From contig JBDOQK010000062.1 in NCBI GenBank assembly GCA_040437565.1, positions 1-64,000 of the forward strand: 64,000 bases of DNA. Reading direction: 5' to 3'. The stretch's first letter is position 1. Every line of letters begins with the position of its first letter. The notes under the pieces are model-generated. The model did no database searches and was not told the origin of the DNA. It saw only the letters and a list, made by a program, of their open reading frames with translations. Positions 11,092-24,113 of the stretch are shown here, in pieces. Origin of the DNA: Albugo candida. Taxonomy: Eukaryota. Position numbers and translations under genes: made by a program.

Positions 11092-13923
11092 TGTTGCGCA
11101 GAATGAGCTGTCTCGTATGTATTATCTCTTGAGAATGAATTTGCATCCTTTTCTAGTACAGTTTCGTTTCGACTTTGACACACGCCTTCTGCTACGTGAA
11201 AGTTTGTCGAATAGTAGCTCGATGCGAGGAAAAAACCGCCATGCTAAGTAAATAAAATAACTCGAAATTTCAAACCTTTAGCGAAACACGAAAGCGAATG
11301 TATTGCCTTGTTTTGATGGCCAAATCGACACTTCTCGATAGACTCAATTCTGTAGTTGATGAAAACACTAAGAAAAAAACGAACCTTGCGGCGATTACCA
11401 AACAATATTGTGTGCGCACGAGACTGTTTTTGTTCCTGACCGAACGTAAGTACTTTATATTGTGGTTATTGTCGGTACAGCTCGAAAACTTGCGATTTGG
11501 GTATCGAGCACTGCGAACAATGTGCTCATAATCATATACGAATAGGCATAAGACAACAACTGTCCATTGGCATGGGCTTCTTGATTGAACAGATGAAGCT
11601 TCAGTAAAAATCGCATCGTGTGGCCACATATGAAGTAGGACTGCTGATTTGCGTCGATACGAGACAATCCAGAACATACCCAGATACTCAAATCAATCGA
11701 CTTCAGATATGCCAGGATCTTATCTATTGCCCCTGATCGCTTTGCTGGGTTCAAGTGATCATGGTGGGATGACTTCTTGTCAATGCGAGAAACTCAAAGA
11801 ATGTTGCGAAATGTAGTTCTTGCAAATCCGCTCTCCTTACACTCTTTTACTATCGAGTTCATTTCATCTTACACGAAGTAATAAGACTTTTTTACTTCGT
11901 TTCGGTTCAATACAGTGATCCATTCGGTGAATTATGGTTTTTGTTCCTTCGTTGTCATCAATCGTGAGATGGTTTCGTGGGTTAGTTTATTTATGCAGTC
12001 AGCAATGGATGCGAATGCGATGCATCTTGTCGTTTACATTGCTTGAAGTCATTCGTTGATAAAGAGTCTAGTCCGCACGAGTAGAAACATATCATTTTAT
12101 AGTCTGAGCCAAGCTTACCAAAGTCTCAGAAGCAGCATAGCTCATGAGAGAAAACCAAGTGCTTTGTTCAGGCTTTGTAGGATCGATTCAAATGCATCTT
12201 CTATTCTACCGCATCATTAGCGCTCTAGATATCTCTCAGAAAGATCTCGTCGAGCGTCAGCATAATCATCCAATACCGCTGGCGAAATTGTGTAATGCTG
12301 GCATCCAATGCTTACGGGAAACACTCGACTGTGACGAAAAAGCATCCTAATTGATGCAAGAGTCAGTATTAGCAATAGATGATGAAGTAGCTATTGGCTT
12401 TTTTGGTGAAACTGGAAAAAAATTCTTCATTTTGTTAGGTGACTTTCGTATATGTTAATATACATTCTCAATTAGTAAGCACCAATTTGAAAGCTAGGAT
12501 TAAATTTGAATCGTCATTAAAGTATTTGCAGTCCTTTACTACTTCTAGCCGCCGAATCGACAAAATATATGACCGTTCAACAATAACAAGGATATGGACG
12601 GTACGTGTTGCGTGCTCCATTGTAATGTTCATTCATGATATGGAAGCCGCCATGGAGCAAATTTTTGTATCTAATGCGGCTGTTCTGCTTAAAAGACGAT
12701 AATTAAGTTTTTAAGACCATTGAAGATGGTACGTTATCTTAAAAATCCGGACCTTTGCACTTCTTCTATTGTATCAATGCCTCACTGTTGCACTTTGCCA
12801 CCAAAGCATCCTATCGAGAATAGACCGGTTACAAGCTTCTCAACAAAAGCACTGGTCGTATTCTGAACGCTCAAGCGAGAAAGAACTGGAAGCACACTGC
12901 GGCAATCGTCCTAAGAAAGTGATTTTGCTAAAAAAAAAGAACCTGAAGCCTGATTAATAGATACGTCATGAATAACACTATGGACCTTTGGATGACTCTA
13001 TCGGGCATGACACTACATGCTCTGACTGAGCTGCGCAAGGCGAAAGAGATTATCATAAAACGTTCTTCTTCAAATTCGTCAATATTAATTTACAAATGAA
13101 AAAGACACGATAAGGTTGCTTGTTTAGGCCGTTCTATGACAAAGAAGTGCGCATCCGCATGAGCTGTTCATTTTTCATATAATTACAGTCTTTTAGCCGG
13201 ATATTGCATGCTCCAATCGTCTAGACAATGTGCATCATATCCCACTTTTTGGGGGGAAACAGCGGTTGCGGGCCATGATGCTCTCGTAAGCCGATCGCGA
13301 TTAAACTTCAGTGGATAATGTCGAATTATCACATAGTGTATTCTGTGCTGGTATGATCATACAAATAGATATCGCCTACCCTGCTTATCACTTGTTCACT
13401 CACTTTTTTGGTAGAAATCTGCTATACTTTACAACTTTTGCAGTAGATTATTGAGAAGAGATGCTTCAGGCTGTTGACTTCTGGGTATCGGCATCTCAAA
13501 AACCGGAGTCGAGCAAGGAAGACGTCGATCCGTTGTGGCACAACATTCGTAAAGATCTGTATGGAATCTCATCTCATATGCAGAGGACGTGATAGTGTCT
13601 CATGTGCTATAATCGGCTCGATAGGCCGAGAAGGAGACCCAAATGATCTCAAAGAGTAAACTCCGAGCTCTTGAATAGAAGGAATGATCGGACGGACATC
13701 GTTGGGGTAGATTATTGCGTGCTATATTGAGCTTTTAACTTTAAGCACGCGATAATGTTTCTTCAGTAAATATATTCGTTGTTCATGTCCCCGAAGATCT
13801 GTGTGAATATCATATATTATTACAGCAAATATAAAGGTTGAGATGAAGGTACTATTCAGGAGGACAGAAGGATTTTTCCCATTTAAAAGGATTGCTGCTG
13901 TAAATAAAAAAAGTAAGTCATTT

Positions 13924-15398
13924 TCAGTGCAGATTGAAAGTATAGGTTGATTCTGCTGTCGCTGCCATATTCTCCAGCTCCGTTTCGATCTTATAAAAAC
14001 TCGATTCTGAGTCCTCATCATTGAGCTCAATACTAAGATTTCTCGGATCAAGTGCTAGAACTGGTAAATCCTCAAAGTCGCTGACGTTGATCATGATTTC
14101 GGGATCATCAGAGTTTGCTACTTTGGCTCCTATAATGAGAGAATTACTATAAAAAGCGATAAAATCATAGCGAAAGCGAGTACCAGCAATCGTACGAGAT
14201 CCTTTCGTTATTTGAATTCGAGATGGTGCACAATAATCAATCGTGACGCTTTCGTTTATACCATAAGGCGGAGAGAGAGGCTCGTGACTATCTGGTTGAA
14301 AGCTTTCATCGACAAGGGTTGAAAGAATCGCATTATCGAGTGCATTTTCAGTGGTCTCAATGTGGTGTAGCTTCTGATTGTCATGATTTGATTGAGGGAG
14401 ATGAGAAGTATTCTCAAAGCAACCAGTTGACTTTAACATATTTGATTGAGATACGGCGTTCATGAATGGAGAATTTGCATATCGCTGATCCACGAAACAC
14501 TCTGAACGAGATCGAGCTTTTATCCTAACGGGAGATCTTGGTCCAGCTCGTGCCGCACTATCTTCTGCTGATCCTGATATACTACAAGCTTGTAATAAGC
14601 ACTCAGGTGCGGTCAAATACATCCCATTCGATAATCTCAAGGGTAGCGAATTCGATCTTGATCGCATATTTGGCTTTGAGGGTATGCCATGCTGATGAGT
14701 TTTTGTGAACTTGCAATCTGGATGTGATTGCTCTGATCGGACCAGAAATTGTAGCATGTCTACATATTGTCTTCTTTTATTTCATCTAAGAGCCATAGCA
14801 ATGTTCAATCGTACCATCTTTGATGGCCGGACGAATGTTCACGTTACGATGGACCTGATGATTGATAGATAATGCTGTCGGGACTAATGAGCTCTTGGGA
14901 TTATTGTGCAAATTTGCATAGATTGTAGAATCTATCTGTAAGCAGCCATCAACGCCTTCCATGCAAGAGAAAGATGTAAGATGTATCTTACCTGGTTTTT
15001 ACAATTAAAAGAGCTTCGCTTTGGCTGTACATGCTTCAGCCGTTGATGTTGAATTAAGGAGCCCTCGGAGCCATATGCTTTGGTGCATCCAGAATAATTA
15101 CAGCGAAATTTGCGATCAATTTGAGCAGCGGTTCTACAACAGAGGCAAACAGCAAAGTGGCAAGTAAGAACAATGTACTTGAAATAAAACGGTTGTCTGT
15201 ACAATACCGCCGTCGTCGCTTCTTGCGTCTGGGAGAGCTCGTGGATGTTTCGGTCGAAAAAGTTGCAGTGTGTGTCTTGACGGTATCAGAGCTTATAGGT
15301 AGTAATCGAGCGTAAGACTCGGTATCGATGTTATGTATTGGGAACGGCTCGGTTAGATCTCTGATCTGGATATGTGCATTTGAGATAGAAGCAGTCAT
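13924..15398 (-). CDS. C2H2 zinc-finger protein (putative transcription factor), 4 exons
   Basis: Splicing at GT-AG introns 15207-15134, 14991-14936 and ~14814-14760 joins RRKKRRRR-TAAQIDRKFRCNYSGCTKAYGSEGSLIQHQRLKH to the 14757-13924 ORF in frame. Confidence 0.8.
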
Positions 15399-16838
15399 GT
15401 GAGAACTTTCTGGTCATTTCGCCAAAATTTGAGCATGTACACTACCCCGTGGGCTCCCAAGCTCGTGATTATATCTTCACAGCTTGATGCTGATGATAAC
15501 TTTGACGAGAGTTGTGAGGTGAAATCGATCCTAGTAATCGTAGGACGTGGAATGGGAGAGGTGGATGTGTTGAGCATTGTTTAATTGGGTATAGCGGTGA
15601 GTGTGGCGCTCTGAATGTGATTCAGCTCCGAATCTGTTCAGTAGCTCTCCCTTAATTTCGAACAACTTGCTGTGAAAAAAAAACGCAACGTAGATAGAGC
15701 AACAAATCACTGTAGGACCGGGCGGGATGGCCGGTTAACGCCTCTTTTTTACTGTTGGAAGTATTTTTGGTCGGAGATAGATAGATTTCGTAAATAACCC
15801 GGAATTACATGGATATCAGTTTTCAAAACTCGAACTAGCCACTAAGGCAGGACTGTAATGATCAAAATCGATTGTTATCGACACAAATGGATTATATTGT
15901 CAGGGTGGGTTCCTTTTACACAGACATTGCACAACGGCACGGACTCTACCAAATAGTCTATTTCCTACCCTGCAGTGTTTCTATCAAATAATGGAATTCA
16001 CGTAGCCGCGTAGTCTACAAAAATAGAACGACTTGCGCAGAAGAAAGGGCATAGAGACTTTCTCCTTGTTCCATGTGGTGCTAATACCTTAATTCATGAT
16101 GAGATCGCGGTATTGGACCTTATGAAGCTCAACACGATCACGATCACTTGGGAGCAGATAGTCAGAAATACTTTATTTACTTCGCTGTATTCGAACTCAA
16201 TTCAACACATGCGATTTACCGACTGACATCAGCTATGCATGTCCTCTCGTCTTTGTGAGATTGAAGATTCTAATGTTTGTATGTCACACGTCAGTTGCAA
16301 GGATGTCACATGTTTTTCCAATCGGTTGTTTGTACAACATGCATTCAGACTGCATTGTACGATATATTAGTCGTCCTATCGTCCTTTCCATATCTTATTT
16401 GTCGCCAACACGCATAGAATGATGAGATCTTTAGCATGTTAGACTTACCAGACGTTGGAAACTCAAACTCCAATCATCGATGCAGAACACGAAAAGTCTT
16501 GACATTGTCACCCGGCTATCCAACACCAGCATCAAACTCATGCATTGATTATGGATGTCCGTCTTTCATCGTTTATCACTATTATCGTATTCAAATAAGT
16601 ATGCTGACTCAAATAAATCAGCTTTCTAGCTCGCAGTCCGAATGCAGTGGACAAGTCAAAATTTATAAAGTCGACGCTATACAATTGTCGTTGCACATGA
16701 ACATAGAGTACTATGTGTGGCCCATCACAAAAGCGCTTATATTAGTCAATCAACTCATGCCAACGACTGAGATCTCTATGGGCGATAGACCTTTTTATTG
16801 CCATCGAAATTGCAAATAACTACTCGCTGGTTATTGCG

Positions 16839-18061
16839 TTATTCGACCACAATGGACCAAGGGTGCGTAACACGGCCATACTAATGAGCACAGAATGAGG
16901 TCCAGCATTTCGTAAAAGCTTCATGATCATACCTGGATGTCAATTATGTGTTTCCAAAGGCGCTCCGCCAGTTTCCCTGCTTGGCCCTCCTTCCCGTTGA
17001 GTGGAATATAAAGGTCCTGAGGAAGCGTTTTATGCATGGCGAAGATAAGACATAAAAGTATGGCAAATCACCTCTCCTTTGTAGTGAATGACTGAAATCG
17101 GTGTGATGATGGCTGCGGTTCCTGAGCCGAATGCTTCAAACAGGCGACCCTCTTTCACAGCACGTGAGAGATCTTGCATTTTGATATTTCCTTCTCGAAC
17201 GGGGAATTTCTCCGACTCTCGAACCAAACTTATGATGCTGTCCCGGGTAATCCCAGGAAGAATATCACCACGCGTCAGCGGGGGAGTAACCAGTTCTTCA
17301 AGGCCTAATATGGTGCAGGCTTGATTCCAATTCATTTAAACTTGTGAAATTCTGACCGTCCTCATTGATCCAATGCATGAAGAAATTCATTGTACCCACT
17401 TCCGTCACGTAATCGTCTTCACCAAAAATCCACAAGTTTTGTGCGTATCCTTTTTCGGCAGCTTCTGCTTGCGGTAATATCCCCGATGCATAGTTGCTAC
17501 ATACATCAATCCATGTAAGACTGATCTATCTAAATGCATTAGTAGAGATTGCTCACACCCTCCTACTTTGTAAGCACCCATTCCGCCAGGCCATGCCCGC
17601 ACGTATTGATCGTTTGCAAACAACTTGACAGGCGCGAATCCTTCCGGGTAGTAGGGACCAACGGGTGAACAGATGATGAAAATTTTGGCCGAGCGAGATT
17701 TCCGAACGCCAATGTGAGCCTAGCATATACATGCGTCATTGAAACTTTACAGATTGAGCTTTAAATTACATCCGTGCTGATCCCAGTTGGTCGAATATAT
17801 AGCGAGTAGCCATCTTGTTTGGGTATCCAGTCTTGATCCACTTTCAAGAGCTCGCTAGTGCGAGTTCATTACTGCATCATCAAAGTATGCGTTGCCAACA
17901 AAGCTTACTTCAGACACTTTAAAAGTTGGTCGCCGTCAAAAGTCTATTGACGCAAGAAGTGAGTTCTCAGCTACTCTTGTCATTGTATCCCTACTGGAAG
18001 TGATAATCGACTCATAGACTGATTCATACGCTTCATATTCATATCCGGTCGAAAAAGTCGA
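16839..18061 (-). other. Redundant partial copy of the BCAT gene (assembly overlap)
   Basis: 16822-18061 repeats 18162-19401 (offset 1340) with no difference seen, across a 100-N gap. Confidence 0.85.
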
Positions 18062-18178
18062 NNNNNNNNNNNNNNNNNNNNNNNNNNNNNNNNNNNNNNN
18101 NNNNNNNNNNNNNNNNNNNNNNNNNNNNNNNNNNNNNNNNNNNNNNNNNNNNNNNNNNNNNACTCGCTGGTTATTGCG

Positions 18179-19949
18179 TTATTCGACCACAATGGACCAA
18201 GGGTGCGTAACACGGCCATACTAATGAGCACAGAATGAGGTCCAGCATTTCGTAAAAGCTTCATGATCATACCTGGATGTCAATTATGTGTTTCCAAAGG
18301 CGCTCCGCCAGTTTCCCTGCTTGGCCCTCCTTCCCGTTGAGTGGAATATAAAGGTCCTGAGGAAGCGTTTTATGCATGGCGAAGATAAGACATAAAAGTA
18401 TGGCAAATCACCTCTCCTTTGTAGTGAATGACTGAAATCGGTGTGATGATGGCTGCGGTTCCTGAGCCGAATGCTTCAAACAGGCGACCCTCTTTCACAG
18501 CACGTGAGAGATCTTGCATTTTGATATTTCCTTCTCGAACGGGGAATTTCTCCGACTCTCGAACCAAACTTATGATGCTGTCCCGGGTAATCCCAGGAAG
18601 AATATCACCACGCGTCAGCGGGGGAGTAACCAGTTCTTCAAGGCCTAATATGGTGCAGGCTTGATTCCAATTCATTTAAACTTGTGAAATTCTGACCGTC
18701 CTCATTGATCCAATGCATGAAGAAATTCATTGTACCCACTTCCGTCACGTAATCGTCTTCACCAAAAATCCACAAGTTTTGTGCGTATCCTTTTTCGGCA
18801 GCTTCTGCTTGCGGTAATATCCCCGATGCATAGTTGCTACATACATCAATCCATGTAAGACTGATCTATCTAAATGCATTAGTAGAGATTGCTCACACCC
18901 TCCTACTTTGTAAGCACCCATTCCGCCAGGCCATGCCCGCACGTATTGATCGTTTGCAAACAACTTGACAGGCGCGAATCCTTCCGGGTAGTAGGGACCA
19001 ACGGGTGAACAGATGATGAAAATTTTGGCCGAGCGAGATTTCCGAACGCCAATGTGAGCCTAGCATATACATGCGTCATTGAAACTTTACAGATTGAGCT
19101 TTAAATTACATCCGTGCTGATCCCAGTTGGTCGAATATATAGCGAGTAGCCATCTTGTTTGGGTATCCAGTCTTGATCCACTTTCAAGAGCTCGCTAGTG
19201 CGAGTTCATTACTGCATCATCAAAGTATGCGTTGCCAACAAAGCTTACTTCAGACACTTTAAAAGTTGGTCGCCGTCAAAAGTCTATTGACGCAAGAAGT
19301 GAGTTCTCAGCTACTCTTGTCATTGTATCCCTACTGGAAGTGATAATCGACTCATAGACTGATTCATACGCTTCATATTCATATCCGGTCGAAAAAGTCG
19401 AATGCGATTACGCTGATCCTTGTAGGCTTTCATACCTTCAAAGCACTGAGAGCGTGACATCAGAAAAGGTAGCAATGCCACATTATGGTCGGTGAAACCT
19501 CAAGGCCATAATGGAATACAGCACTGGCAGGGTCTAGTGAGATTGGACCGTACGGTCTACCACAGAAACATGAGATAGATTTTCACAACTGGAGCGGTAA
19601 GCAATGCGACCTTATCACTGGGTCATCCCATCCTCCTTGTTCAGTGAAATTGACTTCGAGTAAATGATCAGTGAATGTATCACCAAACTTAAGTGAACTC
19701 AGCGGCAGTTTAATCTATGCAATGCAAAACCAAGCTCCTTGTGAGAATTATGATACCATCGTGATGGTCATGCAAATAATAGACTTTTGGATTCTGCGTT
19801 TTGTGTATGATCAAGTTTGCGGCCTATACAACCAGTAAGAAAAAGAGCGATAAAGTATTTGATTCGATCTATACGTTGATGTCTCGGCGAATAGCTGGAG
19901 AAGAACACGCTTCGCGCAAAGGATTGATGGAGGAAGGAACGCGATGCAT
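18179..19949 (-). CDS. BCAT: Branched-chain amino acid aminotransferase (PLP class IV), about 11 exons
   Basis: [79 protein letters not shown], ending HPWSIVVE*; start at 19949 or 19991. Confidence 0.93.
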
Positions 19950-20025
19950 TCTGACGGAACAATAAGCGAATATGATTGGCGTAGGTCTCATTTCGACGTA
20001 CGCCAATCAATCAACACATCGCGTC
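19950..20025. promoter_or_regulatory. Bidirectional core promoter with inverted CCAAT boxes
   Basis: Perfect 11-bp inverted repeat TGATTGGCGTA (19973-19983) / TACGCCAATCA (19999-20009) flanking CTCATTTC, between divergent BCAT and GUF1. Confidence 0.6.
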
Positions 20026-22232
20026 ATGCTTAAGCTTTGCAATCGTCCGCTTGCATCACAGATATGCATCAAACCTTTGCATCATCTATTGCATCAATGC
20101 TGTCACAAGAAAGCAGGAGCAGAAGCAAACGCTTTGAATGATGTGAACCCAGGTACAATTGGTCAGTATTTTACGCAAAACTTATCCTCTTTCGAGCCCG
20201 AAACCATCCGAAACTTTAGCATTGTCGCGCATATCGATCACGGGAAATCGGTGGGACCTTGTTGCTTGGGTTTATAGGACTTTTGACGTTTACACGATAA
20301 TAAATAGACGCTGGCAGATCGCTTTCTGGAGCTCAATGGGAACATCTCTGCTCGAGATCGCGAAAATGCGCAGCATCTAGATACTTTAAAGGCAGGTCGA
20401 AATGCATGTAAATTGAATCAAAATCACTAATTGACATGCATCTATATACACTGCACTGCAGGTTGAACGTGAGCGAGGAATTACTGTCAAAGCACAGACG
20501 GCGTCCATGATTCATGTACACAAAATTTCAGGCAAAGCTTATCTACTCAATTTGATCGATACACCTGGTCACGTTGACTTCAGTTACGAAGTACATCGGT
20601 CGCTAGCAGCGTGTGAAGGTGTGCTGTTGTTGGTCGACTGCTCTCAAGGGATACAAGCTCAAACTCTGGCAACCTTTTACGCAGCAAAAAAGCTCAATAT
20701 GCGTGTTCTTCCTGTGTTGACAAAGATTGATATGCCTCACGCCGAATTGGATGAAAGCATTTTAAGTCTGTGTAACTTACTGAGTGTCGAGCCGGAGGAT
20801 GTCTTATTGACCTCCGCCAAAACGAACACTGGAATTTCTGAGGTTATGCAAGCCATCATTGAAAAGCTCGATCCACCAGCATCCCATATTGATCAACCTT
20901 TACGCTTCCTGCTAATCGATTCATTCTATGATGACTATCGCGGGATAATATGCATTGTGAGAGTTGTGGATGGCTGCATTTTCCCAGGCACAAACATTTC
21001 TTCACAATTTTCCGGTGAAAATTACGAGGTCCAAGAAACTGGAATCTTGCTACCCCAACGTCTTGCCACATCCGGTCTTCACGCCGGTCAAGTCGGCTAC
21101 ATTATAGCTGGTATGAAAAGCGCAAAAGAGGCCAAAGTGGGCGACACATTTGGTGCAGTGGGCTCATCAGTCGAAGCAGTGATCGGTGTGGAGGAGGCTA
21201 AGAGTATGGTGTTTGCTAGCTTGTACCCGACTGACAATTGCACATTTCAAGATCTTCGCCAGGCAATGGAGAAACTGACGTTAAACGATGCGAGTGTCAG
21301 CATTCAAATTGAGACAAGTGAGGCATTAGGAATGGGTTTTCGTTGTGGGTTTTTGGGTCTATTACATATGGAAGTCTTCCATCAGCGATTATCAGACGAA
21401 CAGAACGCGCAGGTGCTGGTAACTGCGCCCATGGTACCGTACACGATCATCGACCAATATGGAAAGGCGTCTTGTGTTGAAACACCGGTTGCATTTCCAG
21501 CCTCTACAAAGAATCTGACTGTATTGGAACCGATGGTCGAAGCTTCGATCATCACTCCGTCGGACTATTTGGGATCGATACTGACTCTGGTCAAAGAAAA
21601 ACGTGGAACACAGACAGATTTGGTGTATTTAGAGGATGCGCGTGTGATTCTCACGATACATATTCCTTGGCAGGAAGTTGTGACGGATTTCTATGACACT
21701 TTAAAGACTGTTTCTTCCGGATATGGTGAGCTGATACACTGCATTCTGATGCTAATGTACTGAGACAACTGCTTTTGTAGCGACACTGAATTATTCGGAA
21801 ATAGCAGCGCAGAAATCAGACATTGTTAAAGTCGATATCTTGATCAATGGCAAGGCGCTAGACGCGTTATCGTTTGTGTGTCATCGGGATCAGGTAATTG
21901 CAAGTCTGATAATAGAGTATCGCACTCATATGTGTTACGTCCAGGCTACAGTCAATGGGCGCGCATTGTGCCAGAGGCTGAAGAAAGTTTTGGATCGACA
22001 GCAGTATGAGATCTCCATTCAAGCTTGTTTGTCTGGGAAAATATTTGCAAAGGAACGCATTGCTCCTTACCGCAAAGACGTCCTCACAAAATCAGGGAAG
22101 AGAGTAGGTGGGGGCGATAGCACGAGAAAGAAAAAGCTGTTGGAAAAACAGAAGGAAGGAAAAAAACGAATGAAAACTGTAGCAAATGTTCCGTTCTCAC
22201 AAGATGCATTTTGGTCTGTCTTGAAGCGATGA
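20026..22232 (+). CDS. GUF1: Translation factor GUF1/LepA (EF4), mitochondrial, 5 exons
   Basis: [73 protein letters not shown]; transit-like N-terminus. Confidence 0.95.
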
Positions 22233-22286
22233 ACGAATTTAATGTGGGTACAATAATTAGATAGTGTAATGTACACCAAATAGAAC

Positions 22287-23033
22287 ATGACGCAGGTGGA
22301 AGTCAATTCCGAATGCAAATCTTCTGTTCTCGTTCCATATTGTGCGCTAAATCCTTTCCATGATGGATTGAAAGACGCTACACGATTTATTCAGATTGGT
22401 TGCCACTCAATAGAAATAGCGCAACGGTGGAAAAATGATGGCAAAGGAGGCACAACGCTTGGATTCGGTGCCTCGGTATACGATGCTGCCATTGCTTTAG
22501 CCTTATACCTGTCTCAGAGTCATGATCTTGTGCGGAATAAAAATATTCTTGAGTTAGGTTGTGGAACCGGTTTCCTCAGTATTGCGACGGCGCATTTGGG
22601 CGCAGCAGTCGTACTTGCAACGGATGGCGATCGTGAATCAGTGCAACTTGCAGCTGAGAATATATCGCATAACATGGTATCATTGGATAAGTGCAAAAGC
22701 GTCGAATTCTTGTGGGGTAGTGATCCTGAAGCGATACTTTTGGAGTCACCAAGCAAGTCGTGGGATGTGATTCTTGGAGCTGACATTGCCGCATGCCCGT
22801 ACGAAGCCAATCTCTCGGCGCTCGTGCAATCCTTACAGCAGCTCTGTCACCAACACACAATCGTTCTACTCGCATACAAGAAGAGAAATGCTGTGGAAGA
22901 GACTTTTTTTGAGACGTTGAAAGAGTATTTCGACGTTGAAATGATTGATATGGATTCAGTCTTAAAGAGTTATTATGATACGAATCTGAAGCTCTTTCGA
23001 GCTGTAGTACGAAAAAATCCTAAAAGGGAATAG
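22287..23033 (+). CDS. SAM-dependent protein lysine methyltransferase, METTL21/Methyltransf_16 family
   Basis: GASVYDAAIALA, ILELGCGTG, VLATDGD, LWG, DVILGADI; intronless, 248 aa. Confidence 0.85.
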   Translation: MTQVEVNSECKSSVLVPYCALNPFHDGLKDATRFIQIGCHSIEIAQRWKNDGKGGTTLGFGASVYDAAIALALYLSQSHDLVRNKNILELGCGTGFLSIATAHLGAAVVLATDGDRESVQLAAENISHNMVSLDKCKSVEFLWGSDPEAILLESPSKSWDVILGADIAACPYEANLSALVQSLQQLCHQHTIVLLAYKKRNAVEETFFETLKEYFDVEMIDMDSVLKSYYDTNLKLFRAVVRKNPKRE

Positions 23034-23058
23034 TGGGTTTGTTATCTCAGGCTTAAAC

Positions 23059-24084
23059 TTAGTAAAGAGCGCGATTGGGTTCACTTCCGAACATCTGGCA
23101 CCACGACGGCGGAAGCCGGATAGATGGTTCATTATTGTGTAAAAATTCAGGACCCTTTGATTCCGAGTCGACTGCTAGTTCCAAAAAGGACCACACGTAG
23201 GTCGCCATCAAAACAGCCTCTCGAACATTATCGCCCTCGGCACATACCATGATGAGCGCAGCAAATGCCATCTCCCTCTGCTCCGTCACATAAGCTAAAA
23301 AGGGTGCGATTCCTGTCCCTTTTACGTCTTTCCATTTCATTTGTATCCTAGATTTTAAACATAAATTTTCCTCCAAAGTCGTGTCCTTGGACGAGAATTG
23401 TTCAAGAAATGAATGGTTGTGTAGCAGGCTATTCTCTTTTCGTATTTCCGCATTCCCAATAGTAGTAAAAACGGCTTGAGAGGATTGAAGCGCATCGGAT
23501 TGGAGCATATCGTTTGCTCCTGCCACTACATACACTCCCAAAATTCCGCATTTCATAGCCCAATGCACCAAATCCGTTGCAAATTGCAGCGATTTTCCCT
23601 ACATAAAAATGCTTGTGTCTATCACGTCATTGAAAGGTAGAAAATCGCACCGAAAGTATCGGAGTTCTTTGTTGTAGTATCAGCTGCCTTTTTGATTTGA
23701 ATTGATACACTAGAATCACATCATTAGGTGGAGAAGACTGTGACGCTGTATTTATTACGCTCCAAATTGACAGTAAGTGAAGGAGCGGTCGTTTTGTTTG
23801 CTGGATACATAAATGCGCACGATCCAGCCATCGGAGGAACTGCATCCGTACTCAAATACCCAACGAGTTGTATCGAGTCATTCTCTTTAGCATTAAGTAG
23901 CGTATTTAACACGCAATCAATTGCAAGTTGCCCAATATTAGCGTAAGAGACAGAAGGCTATACACAAAAGGTCAACAACGTGTACTGATGCACCTCAATG
24001 CTTGATAAGACGTACCAGAATAAGTATGTGGTCGACAAAGGAAGATTCATCGTCATCCCAGTCAAAACGTGGATGAAACTCCAT
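23059..24084 (-). CDS. PSMG2: Proteasome assembly chaperone 2 (PAC2)
   Basis: Spliced reading ILIL-PSVSYANIGQLAID..VGYL..AVPPMAG..ILQQRTP..GTGIA..MVCAEGDN..RLPPSWCQMFG. Confidence 0.85.
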
Positions 24085-24113
24085 TACCGATTAAGTACCG
24101 ATATCGGGAGCCA

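Noticed and set aside
16436-16819. 127-aa + strand ORF
   Set aside because: No domain and no promoter motif; probably a chance ORF downstream of BCAT
16822-19401. Tandem duplication of BCAT
   Set aside because: The copies look identical including introns and abut a 100-N gap, so this is an assembly overlap
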